A stretch of DNA of 64,000 nucleotides from an uncultured Eubacteriales bacterium (lineage in GTDB: Bacteria > Bacillota > Clostridia > Christensenellales > CAG-917): positions 16,086 through 80,085 of the forward strand of contig URNP01000001.1 of the NCBI GenBank assembly GCA_900549225.1, in the 5' to 3' direction. The notes under the pieces were generated by a model. That model had not been told where the DNA came from. It saw only the letters and a list, made by a program, of their open reading frames with translations, and searched no databases. Made by a program: the position numbers and the translations under genes. This document shows positions 26,477 through 36,118 of the stretch, piece after piece. Every line of letters begins with the position of its first letter. The first letter of the stretch is position 1.

Positions 26477-27607
26477 ATGATGGAAATTACGGTTGAAGAA
26501 TTTGAAAAACTAAACGGCGACGAGCGCATCGTTTTCGATATACGCCCCGAAACGGATAGGGCGTACGGTTTTATACCCGATTCCGTGAGTGTGAGTGAAG
26601 ACGATTTAAGGCAAAATCCCCCGACGGATAAAGCCAAAAAGGTTGTGATTTACTGCGCAAAGGGCATACTCAGCGTGGATATTGCCGAGCAGTTTTGCGA
26701 GCAAGGGCTTGACGCATACAGTTTGCAGGGCGGATATTCGGAATACTTGTGCGTGCAAATGAAAAAGCAGGTTGACGACGATTTCTGCAAGAGGGTCGAG
26801 CAAAGCATTACGGGGAAGTTTAAGAAAGATATTTTCGGAAAGTTTTATAAAGCCGTAAAAGAATACGAATTGATAAAGGACGGAGATAGAATTGCCGTGT
26901 GTATATCGGGCGGAAAAGACTCGATGCTGATGGCAAAACTGTTTCAGGAATACAAGAGGCACAGCAATATCGACTTCGAGGTTAAGTATCTCGTTATGGA
27001 CCCCGGGTATGCGCAAGCAAACCGTGAGATTATCGAGGAGAACGCAAAGCGGCTTAAAGTGCCGATAACGGTGTTTGAGACCAATATATTCGAGTCTGTT
27101 TACAACGTGGATAAATCGCCGTGCTATCTTTGCGCACGTATGAGAAGAGGGTATCTTTACAATTTCGCCAAGCAGTTGGGATGCAACAAAATCGCACTCG
27201 GTCATCACTACGACGACGTGATAGAAACCATCCTTATGGGAATGTTGCACGGTGCGCAGATTCAGTCGATGATGCCTAAACTTCACAGCACCAACTTCGA
27301 GGGAATGGAGTTGATTCGCCCGCTCTACCTCATCAGAGAGGACGACATAAAGGCGTGGAGAGATTTCAACGGATTGCATTTTATACAATGCGCTTGCCGA
27401 TTTACCGACACTTGCACCTCTTGCAACAACGGACAGAATCGCTCAAAAAGGCAAGAAACCAAAATGCTTATCAAAGAGTTGAAAAAGACGAATCCCGACG
27501 TTGAGAAGTGCATTTTCAAGAGCGTCGAAAACGTGCAACTCAACACTGTGATAGCGTATAAGAAAGACGGCGTAAGGCATAGTTTTTTGGATGATTACGA
27601 CAAATAA
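26477..27607 (+). CDS. rhodanese domain fused to a TtcA-family tRNA thiolase (PP-loop ATPase)
   Basis: 376 aa. N-terminal ~100 aa rhodanese-like with VVIYCAKGILS active-site loop. Then PP-loop CISGGKDS, SPCYLCARMRRG, ALGHHYDDVIET and a C-terminal Cys cluster CACRFTDTCTSC. Confidence 0.8.
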   Translation: MMEITVEEFEKLNGDERIVFDIRPETDRAYGFIPDSVSVSEDDLRQNPPTDKAKKVVIYCAKGILSVDIAEQFCEQGLDAYSLQGGYSEYLCVQMKKQVDDDFCKRVEQSITGKFKKDIFGKFYKAVKEYELIKDGDRIAVCISGGKDSMLMAKLFQEYKRHSNIDFEVKYLVMDPGYAQANREIIEENAKRLKVPITVFETNIFESVYNVDKSPCYLCARMRRGYLYNFAKQLGCNKIALGHHYDDVIETILMGMLHGAQIQSMMPKLHSTNFEGMELIRPLYLIREDDIKAWRDFNGLHFIQCACRFTDTCTSCNNGQNRSKRQETKMLIKELKKTNPDVEKCIFKSVENVQLNTVIAYKKDGVRHSFLDDYDK

Positions 27608-27686
27608 AAAGTATTATTTATAAAGGTTATAGTGCCACTCAAAAAGAAAGACGTTCGGGCAAAATATGGCAAAAGTTAGGGTTTAG

Positions 27687-27902
27687 CAAAGCAAAACGCG
27701 CACTAAATTACCACGGATTTATATTGCGTGCGATACTGACTTCGAATACCTCGTTTTTACTTTAGCGCATGAACTAACCCACTATTTCCAATGGTTCTTT
27801 TTCCAAGATGAAAAACGCCCTGAAAAAAGTCTTGAGATGGAAGCCAATAAATATGCCAAATGGTTAACTTATTCGTATTTTGAAGAAATACATAATAATT
27901 AA
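27687..27902 (+). pseudogene. remnant of an ImmA/IrrE-like HEXXH metallopeptidase gene
   Basis: The open frame after an in-frame TAG (27684) reads ...PRIYIACDTDFEYLVFTLAHELTHYFQWFF...EANKYAKWL...*. HELTH is in the usual ImmA context. There is no ATG/GTG/TTG before the motif. AT-rich compared with its neighbours. Confidence 0.4.
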
Positions 27903-27903
27903 T

Positions 27904-27933
27904 AAAAAGGAATCGCGCGTGCGATTCCTTTTT
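27904..27933. terminator. bidirectional intrinsic terminator
   Basis: AAAAAGGAATCGC-gcgt-GCGATTCCTTTTT. Confidence 0.7.
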
Positions 27934-27954
27934 ATCTGTTAAAGTAGGTTTAAA

Positions 27955-29097
27955 TTACAGAAGAAGAGTTTTGTCTTCGCCCATACCCATCATGCCGTCG
28001 AGGACGTATTTCTTACCGTCTTCGTCACGCAGATAACCTTCGAGTTCTCCGAATGCGACGTAGTAGTCGATATTGACGACGAGTGCGTGCATTATCATCG
28101 GGTTCATATTGTAGACCTTGAATTTGAGATTGACCATATCGTGCTCGTCTTTGATTATCCACTCGGAGTGGTCGTAGAAATCCTTGCTTTCGGGACTTCT
28201 TGTGAACTTGACGGGCGGAAGGATACTCGTTGCGCCTTCGAGCCAGAGAATGTTCTCGTTGTATTTTTCTTGGTCTATGGATTGGTTGCGAGTGAGGTTG
28301 AACGCAAGCCATTTTTCTTCGCCGTCAACCTTGCATTTGCCCATGGTGGTCACCCAGTCGTAGTGTGCGCGACGGGGATAGAATCCTCTGTGGTCGTCAA
28401 CGACTGCGGTGCTGTCATCGTCGGTGAGCATTTCTTCGCCGTTGATGACAAGTCTGCCCTCTGCCTTGAAGAAGTCTTTTTGGCTGTAAAGAGGACGATT
28501 CTTTCCAAACGGTATGCTTGCAACGCAGGGTTTTGAAAGGCGGGTGAGAGTGAAGTTGTATTCGATGGTCGCTTCGCCGTAGTTTTCCTTTATTGCCTTG
28601 ACTATGGTTTTGTCCTTTCGTGTGACGGTGATGAGGCATTTGCCCTTGTGGTTGCCGCTAAGTTCGCACTTGCCGTCTTGGAAATTGTTGACGTATTTGA
28701 CGTGCGATACGGGGGTTTGACCTTCCGCAACCGCGCCGTTGATGAGGTTGGGCGCAATGACGGTGTCTTTTGACTTGAGGTTGGTGTCCCAGCAGTAAAC
28801 TTTTTTGGTGCGTTTGTCGTAGAAGATATTGAGCGTCTTTCCGAAGATGCCCATATCGCATACGACTGCGAGCAACACGCCGTTTTTGAGGTGAACTTCG
28901 GTTGCTTCCCAAAGCGTAAGTTTGAGGCGGTTCATGCATTGCGGAGCGCGAGTTGGCTTTTTGAGTTTGACCAAATCCATTTGCTCGAATTCTTTGTCAA
29001 ACGTTCCGAATGCGCATATGCCTTTTTCGTCAACCATACTTTTAGGGGTTGGTACGGCGCGTCTTTTTGGGTCGATATACTTTGAATATTCTCCCAT
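27955..29097 (-). CDS. hypothetical cytoplasmic protein (possibly DUF2804-like, from memory)
   Basis: Start moved to the ATG at 29097 (AAGGAGAAAG SD). 380 aa, no TM helices, no catalytic motif recognised. Confidence 0.55.
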   Translation of the reverse strand: MGEYSKYIDPKRRAVPTPKSMVDEKGICAFGTFDKEFEQMDLVKLKKPTRAPQCMNRLKLTLWEATEVHLKNGVLLAVVCDMGIFGKTLNIFYDKRTKKVYCWDTNLKSKDTVIAPNLINGAVAEGQTPVSHVKYVNNFQDGKCELSGNHKGKCLITVTRKDKTIVKAIKENYGEATIEYNFTLTRLSKPCVASIPFGKNRPLYSQKDFFKAEGRLVINGEEMLTDDDSTAVVDDHRGFYPRRAHYDWVTTMGKCKVDGEEKWLAFNLTRNQSIDQEKYNENILWLEGATSILPPVKFTRSPESKDFYDHSEWIIKDEHDMVNLKFKVYNMNPMIMHALVVNIDYYVAFGELEGYLRDEDGKKYVLDGMMGMGEDKTLLL

Positions 29098-29234
29098 AAT
29101 CTCTTTCTCCTTTATCAATATAATATATCAATGCGATAGCATAAATATTTCGTTATTTTCATATTTGTTGCACAAAAACGGTTTTTATCTTGCGGATATT
29201 TCGCCATAAACTACCGTTTTGTGCAAAAAACGCC

Positions 29235-30455
29235 TTATCTCGTTTGCTCGTCGATTTTCTCGACGAAGTTGCAGAGGATTCCAAACGTGTTTGCAAGACA
29301 ATCCTTGTCAACGTCCTTTGCAACGTCAAGTCTCGTGTGGTAATAGCGCGGTAAATTGAAGTTCATTGCCGTCACGCAAACGCTGTTGAAGCCGCCTTCC
29401 GTGTATGCTGCGGCGTCGGTTGCCCCGAGAGCAACGCTTCCTTTTTTGCAAGCAATACATTCCTCTTTGCAAGCGTCAAGCCAAATTTGAGTCGCCTCGG
29501 GATCGCATTTGATAAGCCCGTTCATATCTTTGTGATTGACAAGCATATGGTCTTGCTCGCGCAAAGTGTCGAGGCAAAGTATGGTCGTGGGGCAATCTTT
29601 GAAATCGTTTTTGTGCGCCTTTACCCACGCTTTTGCGCCGCGCAAACCTGCCTCTTCGCCGCCTGCGCAGATGCAACCGACTTCGGTGTTTTCAAATTCT
29701 ACGCCGTTGTCTTTGAGCGCTTTGAGAAAACTTATGCCCATTGCGCAACCTGTAAGATTGTCCGTTGCGCCGTCTGCGACGATGCGCGGATTGAACAGGA
29801 AGTACATAAGAATCCAGAACGGCACGAATGCGCCGCTTACGCCGAGAGCGATGAGCAAGGACGTGTTTTCAACGGGCTTGAACATACCTCCGATTACGCA
29901 CTCCGCGATTGCGACTGCCGTGAGATACAATATGCCGACGATAGAAATCAGGAAGTGCGCGATAAACGCTTTTCCGCCGAGATAGTAGTTGAGAGTCCAC
30001 TCGTAAGCGGCGTCTGCGTGTCCGCTTATGATGACTCTGCGTTTGACCTCGCCGGTCGGTTTTTTGATTGCCATCATGTTGAGGGATTCGCGCTTTGGGA
30101 AGAGCGGATCAACGACCTTGCGATACAGCACGAACTCCAAAATCATTATTTCCATGCCGATTGCGACGAAAATGAGCGAGAGCATGGGCATAAAAAACGC
30201 AGCGACGAAAGCTCCGAGAATGAGCGTCACCGTGATGTAAATCCAGCCCATAAACGCGAGCGTATGTACGTCGTATTTTTCGGTGGTCACGGAGTCGGCG
30301 TAGGGAGCGACTTCTTGTGCCATATAGTTGATAGCGTCTTTTTCGCATTGACTTCCGCAATCGCGTTTGCCGAAAGCGGACGTAACGTGCGAGATAAAGT
30401 CAAACATATAGTTTGCGCTTTGCCCTTTGTTTTGCTTGAGTTTTTCGAGTTTCAT
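29235..30455 (-). CDS. membrane-embedded M28-family metallopeptidase
   Basis: Start at ATG 30455 (GAGGAA SD). 406 aa. M28-like ligand motifs ISGHADAAYEW, ATDNLTGCA, CAGGEEAGLRGAKAW, YYHTRLD, interrupted by several TM helices. Confidence 0.7.
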   Translation of the reverse strand: MKLEKLKQNKGQSANYMFDFISHVTSAFGKRDCGSQCEKDAINYMAQEVAPYADSVTTEKYDVHTLAFMGWIYITVTLILGAFVAAFFMPMLSLIFVAIGMEIMILEFVLYRKVVDPLFPKRESLNMMAIKKPTGEVKRRVIISGHADAAYEWTLNYYLGGKAFIAHFLISIVGILYLTAVAIAECVIGGMFKPVENTSLLIALGVSGAFVPFWILMYFLFNPRIVADGATDNLTGCAMGISFLKALKDNGVEFENTEVGCICAGGEEAGLRGAKAWVKAHKNDFKDCPTTILCLDTLREQDHMLVNHKDMNGLIKCDPEATQIWLDACKEECIACKKGSVALGATDAAAYTEGGFNSVCVTAMNFNLPRYYHTRLDVAKDVDKDCLANTFGILCNFVEKIDEQTR

Positions 30456-30566
30456 AATTTCCTCACTTCGCATGTGCGTTATAGTTAAATTATAAATATA
30501 TTTTATTTGAAAATCAATATACAAATGTACGATTTTTCGTCAGATTCGTCACGGTGTATTACAGTT

Positions 30567-31472
30567 TTATGCTTTGGATGCAACCGTTTCTCCGTACACT
30601 TTTGCGATGCGGGCAATCATTTCGGTGTGAGTGAAAGTCTTGTGATATACGATCGTCGTTTCGCGCGTCATGCTGAGATTTTCGATGGGGAGCGCAACAA
30701 GTTGTCCTTTGCGTATTTCCTTATAACAGGTGTTTTTGGAAAGAATGGATACCCCGACGTCTTTTTTGACGAGATTTCGTATCGTGGCGATGCTGTCAAC
30801 CTCGATTATAACGTCGAAGTTGTCCACCGATTCGCCGATTGATTCGAGTGCGGCGTTGAATTTTTCTCGCGTGGACGAGGAGGGCAGACGCAAAATCAAA
30901 TGCTGTTTTTTGAGTTCCTGCAAAGATATTGACGCTTTTTTCGCAACGGGGTTTTGCGACGAGGCAATGCATACGAGCATATCCGTGTCGATTATTGTGA
31001 ATCTGAAGTCGGGATTTGTGGGTTTTTCCTCGATAATCGCCATATCTATCTCAAAGTTTTCAAGCATATTATAAAGATTTTTTATGGTATCAGTAATAAA
31101 AGTTATCGATACGTTATCTTCACCGAGTGCGATTTTCGACAATGCCTCGATCATAAGCCCGCTTTCTTGCGTGTGGGTGATGCCTATACGAATTTTGTAT
31201 ATGTTCGTCTTTGCGTTTTTGATTTTGTCCTTCATTTTCTCGCAAAGCGCGCGCATTCTTTTAGCATACAAAAGTGCGATTTCACCCTCTTCGGACAATA
31301 CGATTTCGCCTTTTTTTCTCAAAAAAACGGGAGTGCCGAGTTCTTCTTCGAGTTTTTTGATGTGGTGCGATACAGCAGGTTGTGTCAGCGAAAGAATTTC
31401 GCCCGCTTTGGTGAAGTTTTTGGTTTCGCACACGGTGATGAATGTTTCAAGTTTGTCGTCAAGCAATGACAC
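30567..31472 (-). CDS. LysR-family transcriptional regulator
   Basis: GTG start with a strong AGGAGGA SD. wHTH FTKAGEILSLTQPAVSHHIKKLEEELG. 301 aa. Divergent from the antiporter gene. Confidence 0.9.
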   Translation of the reverse strand: MSLLDDKLETFITVCETKNFTKAGEILSLTQPAVSHHIKKLEEELGTPVFLRKKGEIVLSEEGEIALLYAKRMRALCEKMKDKIKNAKTNIYKIRIGITHTQESGLMIEALSKIALGEDNVSITFITDTIKNLYNMLENFEIDMAIIEEKPTNPDFRFTIIDTDMLVCIASSQNPVAKKASISLQELKKQHLILRLPSSSTREKFNAALESIGESVDNFDVIIEVDSIATIRNLVKKDVGVSILSKNTCYKEIRKGQLVALPIENLSMTRETTIVYHKTFTHTEMIARIAKVYGETVASKA

Positions 31473-31495
31473 GATATCCTCCTATTATTACGATG

Positions 31496-31513
31496 ATTTA
31501 TGTTTTCATAAAT
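31496..31513. promoter_or_regulatory. LysR-type T-N11-A dyad ATTTATG-TTTT-CATAAAT
   Basis: Perfect 7-nt inverted repeat in the divergent intergenic region. A half-related TTTATGTTTTAATCAT follows at about 31528. Confidence 0.5.
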
Positions 31514-31605
31514 TATCATAATTTGACTTTATGTTTTAATCATCATAGCATATTAGCACGAAACAAACAAGAGGCATTTGAATTTTCATTGCCAAAGAGG
31601 CGAAA

Positions 31606-33015
31606 ATGTTGCTAAAAAACTTTTCATCGGTGGGACAAGCGATAATATCCATAGCAGTAATGCTCCTTGCAGGCTATATTATGTCGCGCGTTACGAAAAA
31701 ATTAAGGCTTCCCAACGTGACGGGATATATCGTTGCCGGAATCATCATCGGCCCGTATTGCATCGACGTCATCCCTACGCAAGTGGTGGAAGGGATGAGT
31801 TTTCTTGCCGATATCGCACTTGCGTTTATCGCGTTCAGCACGGGTGAATTTTTCACGTTGTCCACGCTCAAGAAAAACGGTGCAAAGAATATTGTTATTA
31901 CGGTTTTCGAGGCATTGCTTGCGTCGCTGGTCGTGTTTTTGGTGATGTATTTTGCACTCGGGTTGAGTCTTGCGTTTTCAATCGTTCTCGGTGCGTTAGC
32001 GGCGGCAACAGCGCCTGCGTCTACGATGATGACTATTCGCCAGACGGGTGCAAAGGGCGATTTCGTCGATACGCTTTTGCAAGTCGTTGCGCTCGACGAC
32101 GTAGTTGGACTCGTAGCGTTTTCGGTGGCAATTGCTGTCGCCACGGCGTCGCTTGCAGGCGTTGTGACGTTCAAAAACGTTGCGCTTCCTATCATATACA
32201 ATATAGTCGTGTTCGTGATTGGCGGAGCGTTGGGGTTTTTGCTCAAATTGTTGCTCGGAAAGCACTCCACGGACAATCGTCTTATCATTGCAATTGCCGT
32301 TATTTTTTCGTTTTGCGGACTTTGCACGTTGCTTGACGTATCGCCGCTTCTTGGGTGTATGGCAATGGGCACGGTGTACAGAAACGTGGCAAAAGACGAC
32401 AAATTGTTCAAACAACTCAACTATTTCTCGCCGCCCATTCTGTTGCTTTTCTTCGTGCGCTCGGGTGTAAATTTCAAACTCGACGCGCTCGTAAGTTCGG
32501 GCGGTTCGGTGGCAGGAGTGTCCTTGCTCGTTATAGGCGTCGTATATTTCTTCACGCGAATCGCAGGCAAGTACGCAGGCTCGTTCCTCGGTTGTCTGTG
32601 CGTCAAAAAAGACGCGAAAGTGCGAAATTGGCTCGGGCTTGCACTAATTCCGCAAGCAGGAGTTGCCATAGGTCTTGCCGCGCTCGCTTCGCGCACGATA
32701 GGCGGTGAAACGGGCAGCGCAATGGAAACCATAATTCTTGCCTCGAGCGTGCTCTACGAACTCATAGGTCCTGCCTGCGCAAAACTGTCGTTGTATCTGT
32801 CAAAGTCGTATTCAAACGATATCGACAAGGTAGTGCCCGATTCGCAAATAGAAGGGTCCGAGCAGAAAAACGAAGTGCAACTTTTGATTGAAAAAATCCA
32901 AACAATCAGGCAATCTCTGCCTGCTCCCGAAAGACAAACCGAAGAAGAAAACGCTTTCGACGAGGCGGCAGAAGAATACTATATTCTCAATTCGAGACAA
33001 CGTGTAAAGAGATAG
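31606..33015 (+). CDS. cation:proton antiporter (CPA2/Kef-like membrane domain)
   Basis: 469 aa, about 12 TM helices. N-terminus LLAGYIMSRVTKKLRLPNVTGYIVAGIIIGP is typical of the Na+/H+ exchanger family. No KTN domain; acidic C-terminal tail. Confidence 0.8.
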   Translation: MLLKNFSSVGQAIISIAVMLLAGYIMSRVTKKLRLPNVTGYIVAGIIIGPYCIDVIPTQVVEGMSFLADIALAFIAFSTGEFFTLSTLKKNGAKNIVITVFEALLASLVVFLVMYFALGLSLAFSIVLGALAAATAPASTMMTIRQTGAKGDFVDTLLQVVALDDVVGLVAFSVAIAVATASLAGVVTFKNVALPIIYNIVVFVIGGALGFLLKLLLGKHSTDNRLIIAIAVIFSFCGLCTLLDVSPLLGCMAMGTVYRNVAKDDKLFKQLNYFSPPILLLFFVRSGVNFKLDALVSSGGSVAGVSLLVIGVVYFFTRIAGKYAGSFLGCLCVKKDAKVRNWLGLALIPQAGVAIGLAALASRTIGGETGSAMETIILASSVLYELIGPACAKLSLYLSKSYSNDIDKVVPDSQIEGSEQKNEVQLLIEKIQTIRQSLPAPERQTEEENAFDEAAEEYYILNSRQRVKR

Positions 33016-33024
33016 GAGGAAGAT

Positions 33025-33732
33025 ATGAATTATATTGATCCGCTTGCAAAACTTATGGGGGAATGGGCGTGGAACGTCACGGTTTATTCCATACTTTTGA
33101 GGGTTATCGTACCCTTTATATTCGCCTTTTACGTCGGCTGTGAACGCTCGACGAAAGGGCATACTGCAGGGCTTAAAACCTTCATTTTGCTGTCGCTTGC
33201 GTCAACTTCGTGTATGATTATCGACAGGGCGTTGGGACTTGCTTTTCCGATTTGCTCGGCAGGTGCGGTGATAGGCACTGCAATGCTGAGCGGAAACTCG
33301 ATTCTGTTCGGCGCAAAGAATCAGATAAAAGGACTTACGACGTCGGCGTGGCTTTGGACGTGCAGTATTTTCGGATTGCTGTTCGGCGCAGGTCTTTATA
33401 CCGTCGCGCTTATTCTTGCCGCCGTGTATATCGTGATTTTGCAGTTTTTCCCCGCGCTCGAAAAATACCTGAAACAGCGCTCCAATCACTTCGAGTTGCA
33501 TCTCGAATTGCTCAACAAAAACGATTTGCCCGCGTTTATGACCACTTTGCGAGAACTTGGAATGCGCATAGACGACGTGGAACTCAACTCTGCGTTCATC
33601 AATTCGGGATTGAGCGTGTATGCGCTGAAACTCACCATCGAGAGCAAAGAACTCAAAAAATACAAAACTCACGACGAAATCATTGAGGCGTTGAGGAGCA
33701 TCGAGTATATCCATTACGTTGAGGAAAAATAA
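33025..33732 (+). CDS. MgtC/SapB-family membrane protein
   Basis: 235 aa. FAFYVGCERSTKGHTAGLKTFILLSL matches the MgtC signature (GxER...AGxRT). 4-5 TM helices plus a soluble ACT-like C-terminal domain. Confidence 0.8.
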   Translation: MNYIDPLAKLMGEWAWNVTVYSILLRVIVPFIFAFYVGCERSTKGHTAGLKTFILLSLASTSCMIIDRALGLAFPICSAGAVIGTAMLSGNSILFGAKNQIKGLTTSAWLWTCSIFGLLFGAGLYTVALILAAVYIVILQFFPALEKYLKQRSNHFELHLELLNKNDLPAFMTTLRELGMRIDDVELNSAFINSGLSVYALKLTIESKELKKYKTHDEIIEALRSIEYIHYVEEK

Positions 33733-33755
33733 AAAAATCATCGCACGAGCGATGA
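33729..33755 (-). terminator. intrinsic terminator after lepB (overlaps the MgtC stop)
   Basis: Minus strand reads TCATCGC-tcgt-GCGATGA followed by TTTTTTTAT. Confidence 0.55.
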
Positions 33756-33810
33756 CTTAAAACTGAATTTTGCGGGCGGATGGGAGGGAAATGCTATATC
33801 TATAGCAAGA

Positions 33811-34416
33811 TCAGGGTTTTCGGAGTTTTCCGTCAAGCCCTTTTATCAAAAAGCATCTTCCGACGACGGTGTCGAGGCTCACTTGCCCGAATACGCGGCA
33901 ATCGGAGGAGTGATTGCGGTTGTCACCCATACAAAACACGTTGCCTTCTTCGACGTAGAAGTCGAGATCTTGATCGTAAATTGCGGGCTCTTGATCGTTT
34001 GTATAATCTTCAACGAGAAGTTGTCCGTTGAGATATACCGCATTGTCTTTGATTTGGACGTGGTCGCCTCCGATTGCAATCACGCGCTTAACGAGCGTTC
34101 TGCCGGCAAACGTCCCCTTGTCGGGAACGAAAACCACGATATCCCCCCGTTTTATTTTTGCCATTTTATTCAAAAACAGCGTTTCGCCGTTGTTTTCGTC
34201 GTCGTCGAGATTCGCTCCGTTTCCGCCGTCGAGGGTGGGGTACATGGAAATTCCGTCAACCGTGAACGTGTCAAGAACGAAATACTTGAGAAGAAGCGCA
34301 GTCGCTATTGCCAAAACAATGACCAAAAGCACGATTGCAACGGACGTGGCAATGCGCCTAGTGCGTGCTTTCGGATCTTCTAACGGCGGGTCTTGTATAA
34401 ATAAAATTGTTCGCAT
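33811..34416 (-). CDS. lepB: signal peptidase I
   Basis: 201 aa. N-terminal TM helix, catalytic Ser box DGISMYPTL, Lys box, GDNRNHSSDCR. Confidence 0.9.
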   Translation of the reverse strand: MRTILFIQDPPLEDPKARTRRIATSVAIVLLVIVLAIATALLLKYFVLDTFTVDGISMYPTLDGGNGANLDDDENNGETLFLNKMAKIKRGDIVVFVPDKGTFAGRTLVKRVIAIGGDHVQIKDNAVYLNGQLLVEDYTNDQEPAIYDQDLDFYVEEGNVFCMGDNRNHSSDCRVFGQVSLDTVVGRCFLIKGLDGKLRKP

Positions 34417-34424
34417 ATCAAAGT

Positions 34425-34453
34425 ATATTATCGACGAATTCGATTATTTTCAA
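34425..34453 (-). promoter_or_regulatory. promoter abutting the lepB ATG (TTGAAA-17-TAATAT, 8 nt to ATG)
   Basis: Minus strand reads TTGAAAATAATCGAATTCGTCGATAATATACTTTGATATG. There is no SD between the -10 and the ATG. Confidence 0.45.
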
Positions 34454-36111
34454 ATCCACAAAAAGTTGTTGAGAACGATTCCGTCCGAGTCCTCGATTTC
34501 AATTGCTTTGACCACCGAGAACGAGGATAGGGTGCGTCCTTCTTCGCTCTTGAAATCTGCGGTTTCAAACAGCAGTTTTTGCCAGAATTCTCCGCCTTTC
34601 AACTTTGTGCGAGCAGTGTATTTTTTGAGGTCGGGATAGGTGTAAACGGATACGCTCAGCCCTCTTGTCTCTTTTGAATAGGCGTCGATATGCAAAATTG
34701 CAGAACGATTTATCGACGACATCTCCTGTATGCTTCTGCAAAGGGTTATGTTGCCTTTCTTTGCAGATATGCCTTTTATCGAGAACGGACCTTCCGCAAC
34801 GAACAGAATGTCGTCGTCAAGCAGTGTATCGTCTGTCTTTGCAATGAAATTGCCTTTTCCCATGCTTCCGTCGTAGATTATATTCGAGATTCTCGGCGTC
34901 GTTTCGACGGTTTCGACGTTGTGCTTTGCAGGGATTATGCTTGCGACTTTTGTGGAAATCACGTTCTCGTCGGGGTAGACGAGGGTTGCGTAGGCAACGA
35001 TGAGTTCTTCGGTGTCGTAAACGGGTACGTCGCACACGTATTCGTGTTCGCCGACTTTTTGACGCACGTCGAAAGACTGCCAATATCTCTGTTTCGAGGA
35101 CGGTTCGCCGTAACTGACGAAAAGCGTGCGCTTGTCGGCTTTTGTAACGGTGCTCATTTTGACGTACAGTTTTCCGTCGGTCGTTTCAAAACGCATGGTA
35201 GGAGCGACTAACGGCGTCGTTGAAGTTGCCAGATGAGTTCTCAGCCACATAATTATTGCCAGATAGACGCTCTTTGTGATTTGCATATCACACGAATCTG
35301 ACACTATGAGTTGTTTTACGTCGGACTTGACGAGATCGAGCATATCGCCCATTCTGTCAAGGTCGCAGCATATAGAATCTCGTGTGACTACGGCAAGAGT
35401 GGGACAGTTGACGAACATGGCGTACGTTTCTGCACCGACGCCGGTCGAATATGCGAGTTGCTCGTCGCCAGACGGTATGTCACTACCTAAAAATCTTGCG
35501 TTATGCTCTGCCCAACGGTAACCTCCGCCGTTGATGGCAACCAAAGATTTCACGCGTTTGTCAGTGCCTGCGACCAGCCAACTGAGTTGCGAGCCGATGC
35601 CGAATCCGGTGATTCCGATACGATCTGCGAGCACGATGCTTTGCTCTTGCATCAAGCTTATTGCGCGTCTTGCGACTTCCGTCCATACGAACCAAGGCGT
35701 CTTGCGCGCACCGTTTTCTATGTCGTCAAGATGCTCTTTGCATTCGGGATAAACGGCAAAACTCAAATCTTGAGGATACGACGTTTTTGAATCTTCTTTT
35801 GTGCCGCAATAATCGAGCGCGCAGGTCACAAAACCTTCTTCGACGAGCATACGCATTGCGTCCGCCGAGTGCGGATTCTCAAACGACGGCAACACCAAAA
35901 CGGCAGGACGTGCGTCTTGCCAGCGTGCGTCGTAATAAAAACTGCAACATGCACGAATGCGCCCCTCTTTTGAGGTTTCCGCAGTGAAGATCTGCTTAGA
36001 GCAGACGATGTTATCCGTTGTTTGACACGAGATTATTGAGGCTTCCAAAGGCGCTATGCGCGGATCGAACCCCTCCCATACCTCTGTCGGAGTCATAAAC
36101 TTGAGTTCCAT
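34450..36111 (-). CDS. alpha/beta-hydrolase-fold protein (acetyl-xylan-esterase-like N-domain) with beta-rich C-terminal domain
   Basis: 553 aa from ATG 36111 (MELKFMTPTEVWEGFDP). ITGFGIGSQLSW resembles the CE7/AXE1 GGSQGG elbow, but the flanking glycines are replaced. Confidence 0.5.
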   Translation of the reverse strand: MELKFMTPTEVWEGFDPRIAPLEASIISCQTTDNIVCSKQIFTAETSKEGRIRACCSFYYDARWQDARPAVLVLPSFENPHSADAMRMLVEEGFVTCALDYCGTKEDSKTSYPQDLSFAVYPECKEHLDDIENGARKTPWFVWTEVARRAISLMQEQSIVLADRIGITGFGIGSQLSWLVAGTDKRVKSLVAINGGGYRWAEHNARFLGSDIPSGDEQLAYSTGVGAETYAMFVNCPTLAVVTRDSICCDLDRMGDMLDLVKSDVKQLIVSDSCDMQITKSVYLAIIMWLRTHLATSTTPLVAPTMRFETTDGKLYVKMSTVTKADKRTLFVSYGEPSSKQRYWQSFDVRQKVGEHEYVCDVPVYDTEELIVAYATLVYPDENVISTKVASIIPAKHNVETVETTPRISNIIYDGSMGKGNFIAKTDDTLLDDDILFVAEGPFSIKGISAKKGNITLCRSIQEMSSINRSAILHIDAYSKETRGLSVSVYTYPDLKKYTARTKLKGGEFWQKLLFETADFKSEEGRTLSSFSVVKAIEIEDSDGIVLNNFLWI

Positions 36112-36118
36112 ACCTTGC

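Noticed and set aside
26328-27607. Functional link between tRNA-Arg(CCT) and the adjacent TtcA-like thiolase
   Set aside because: In my fold, position 32 of this tRNA is T rather than C, so it is not an s2C32 substrate. The adjacency is probably coincidental.
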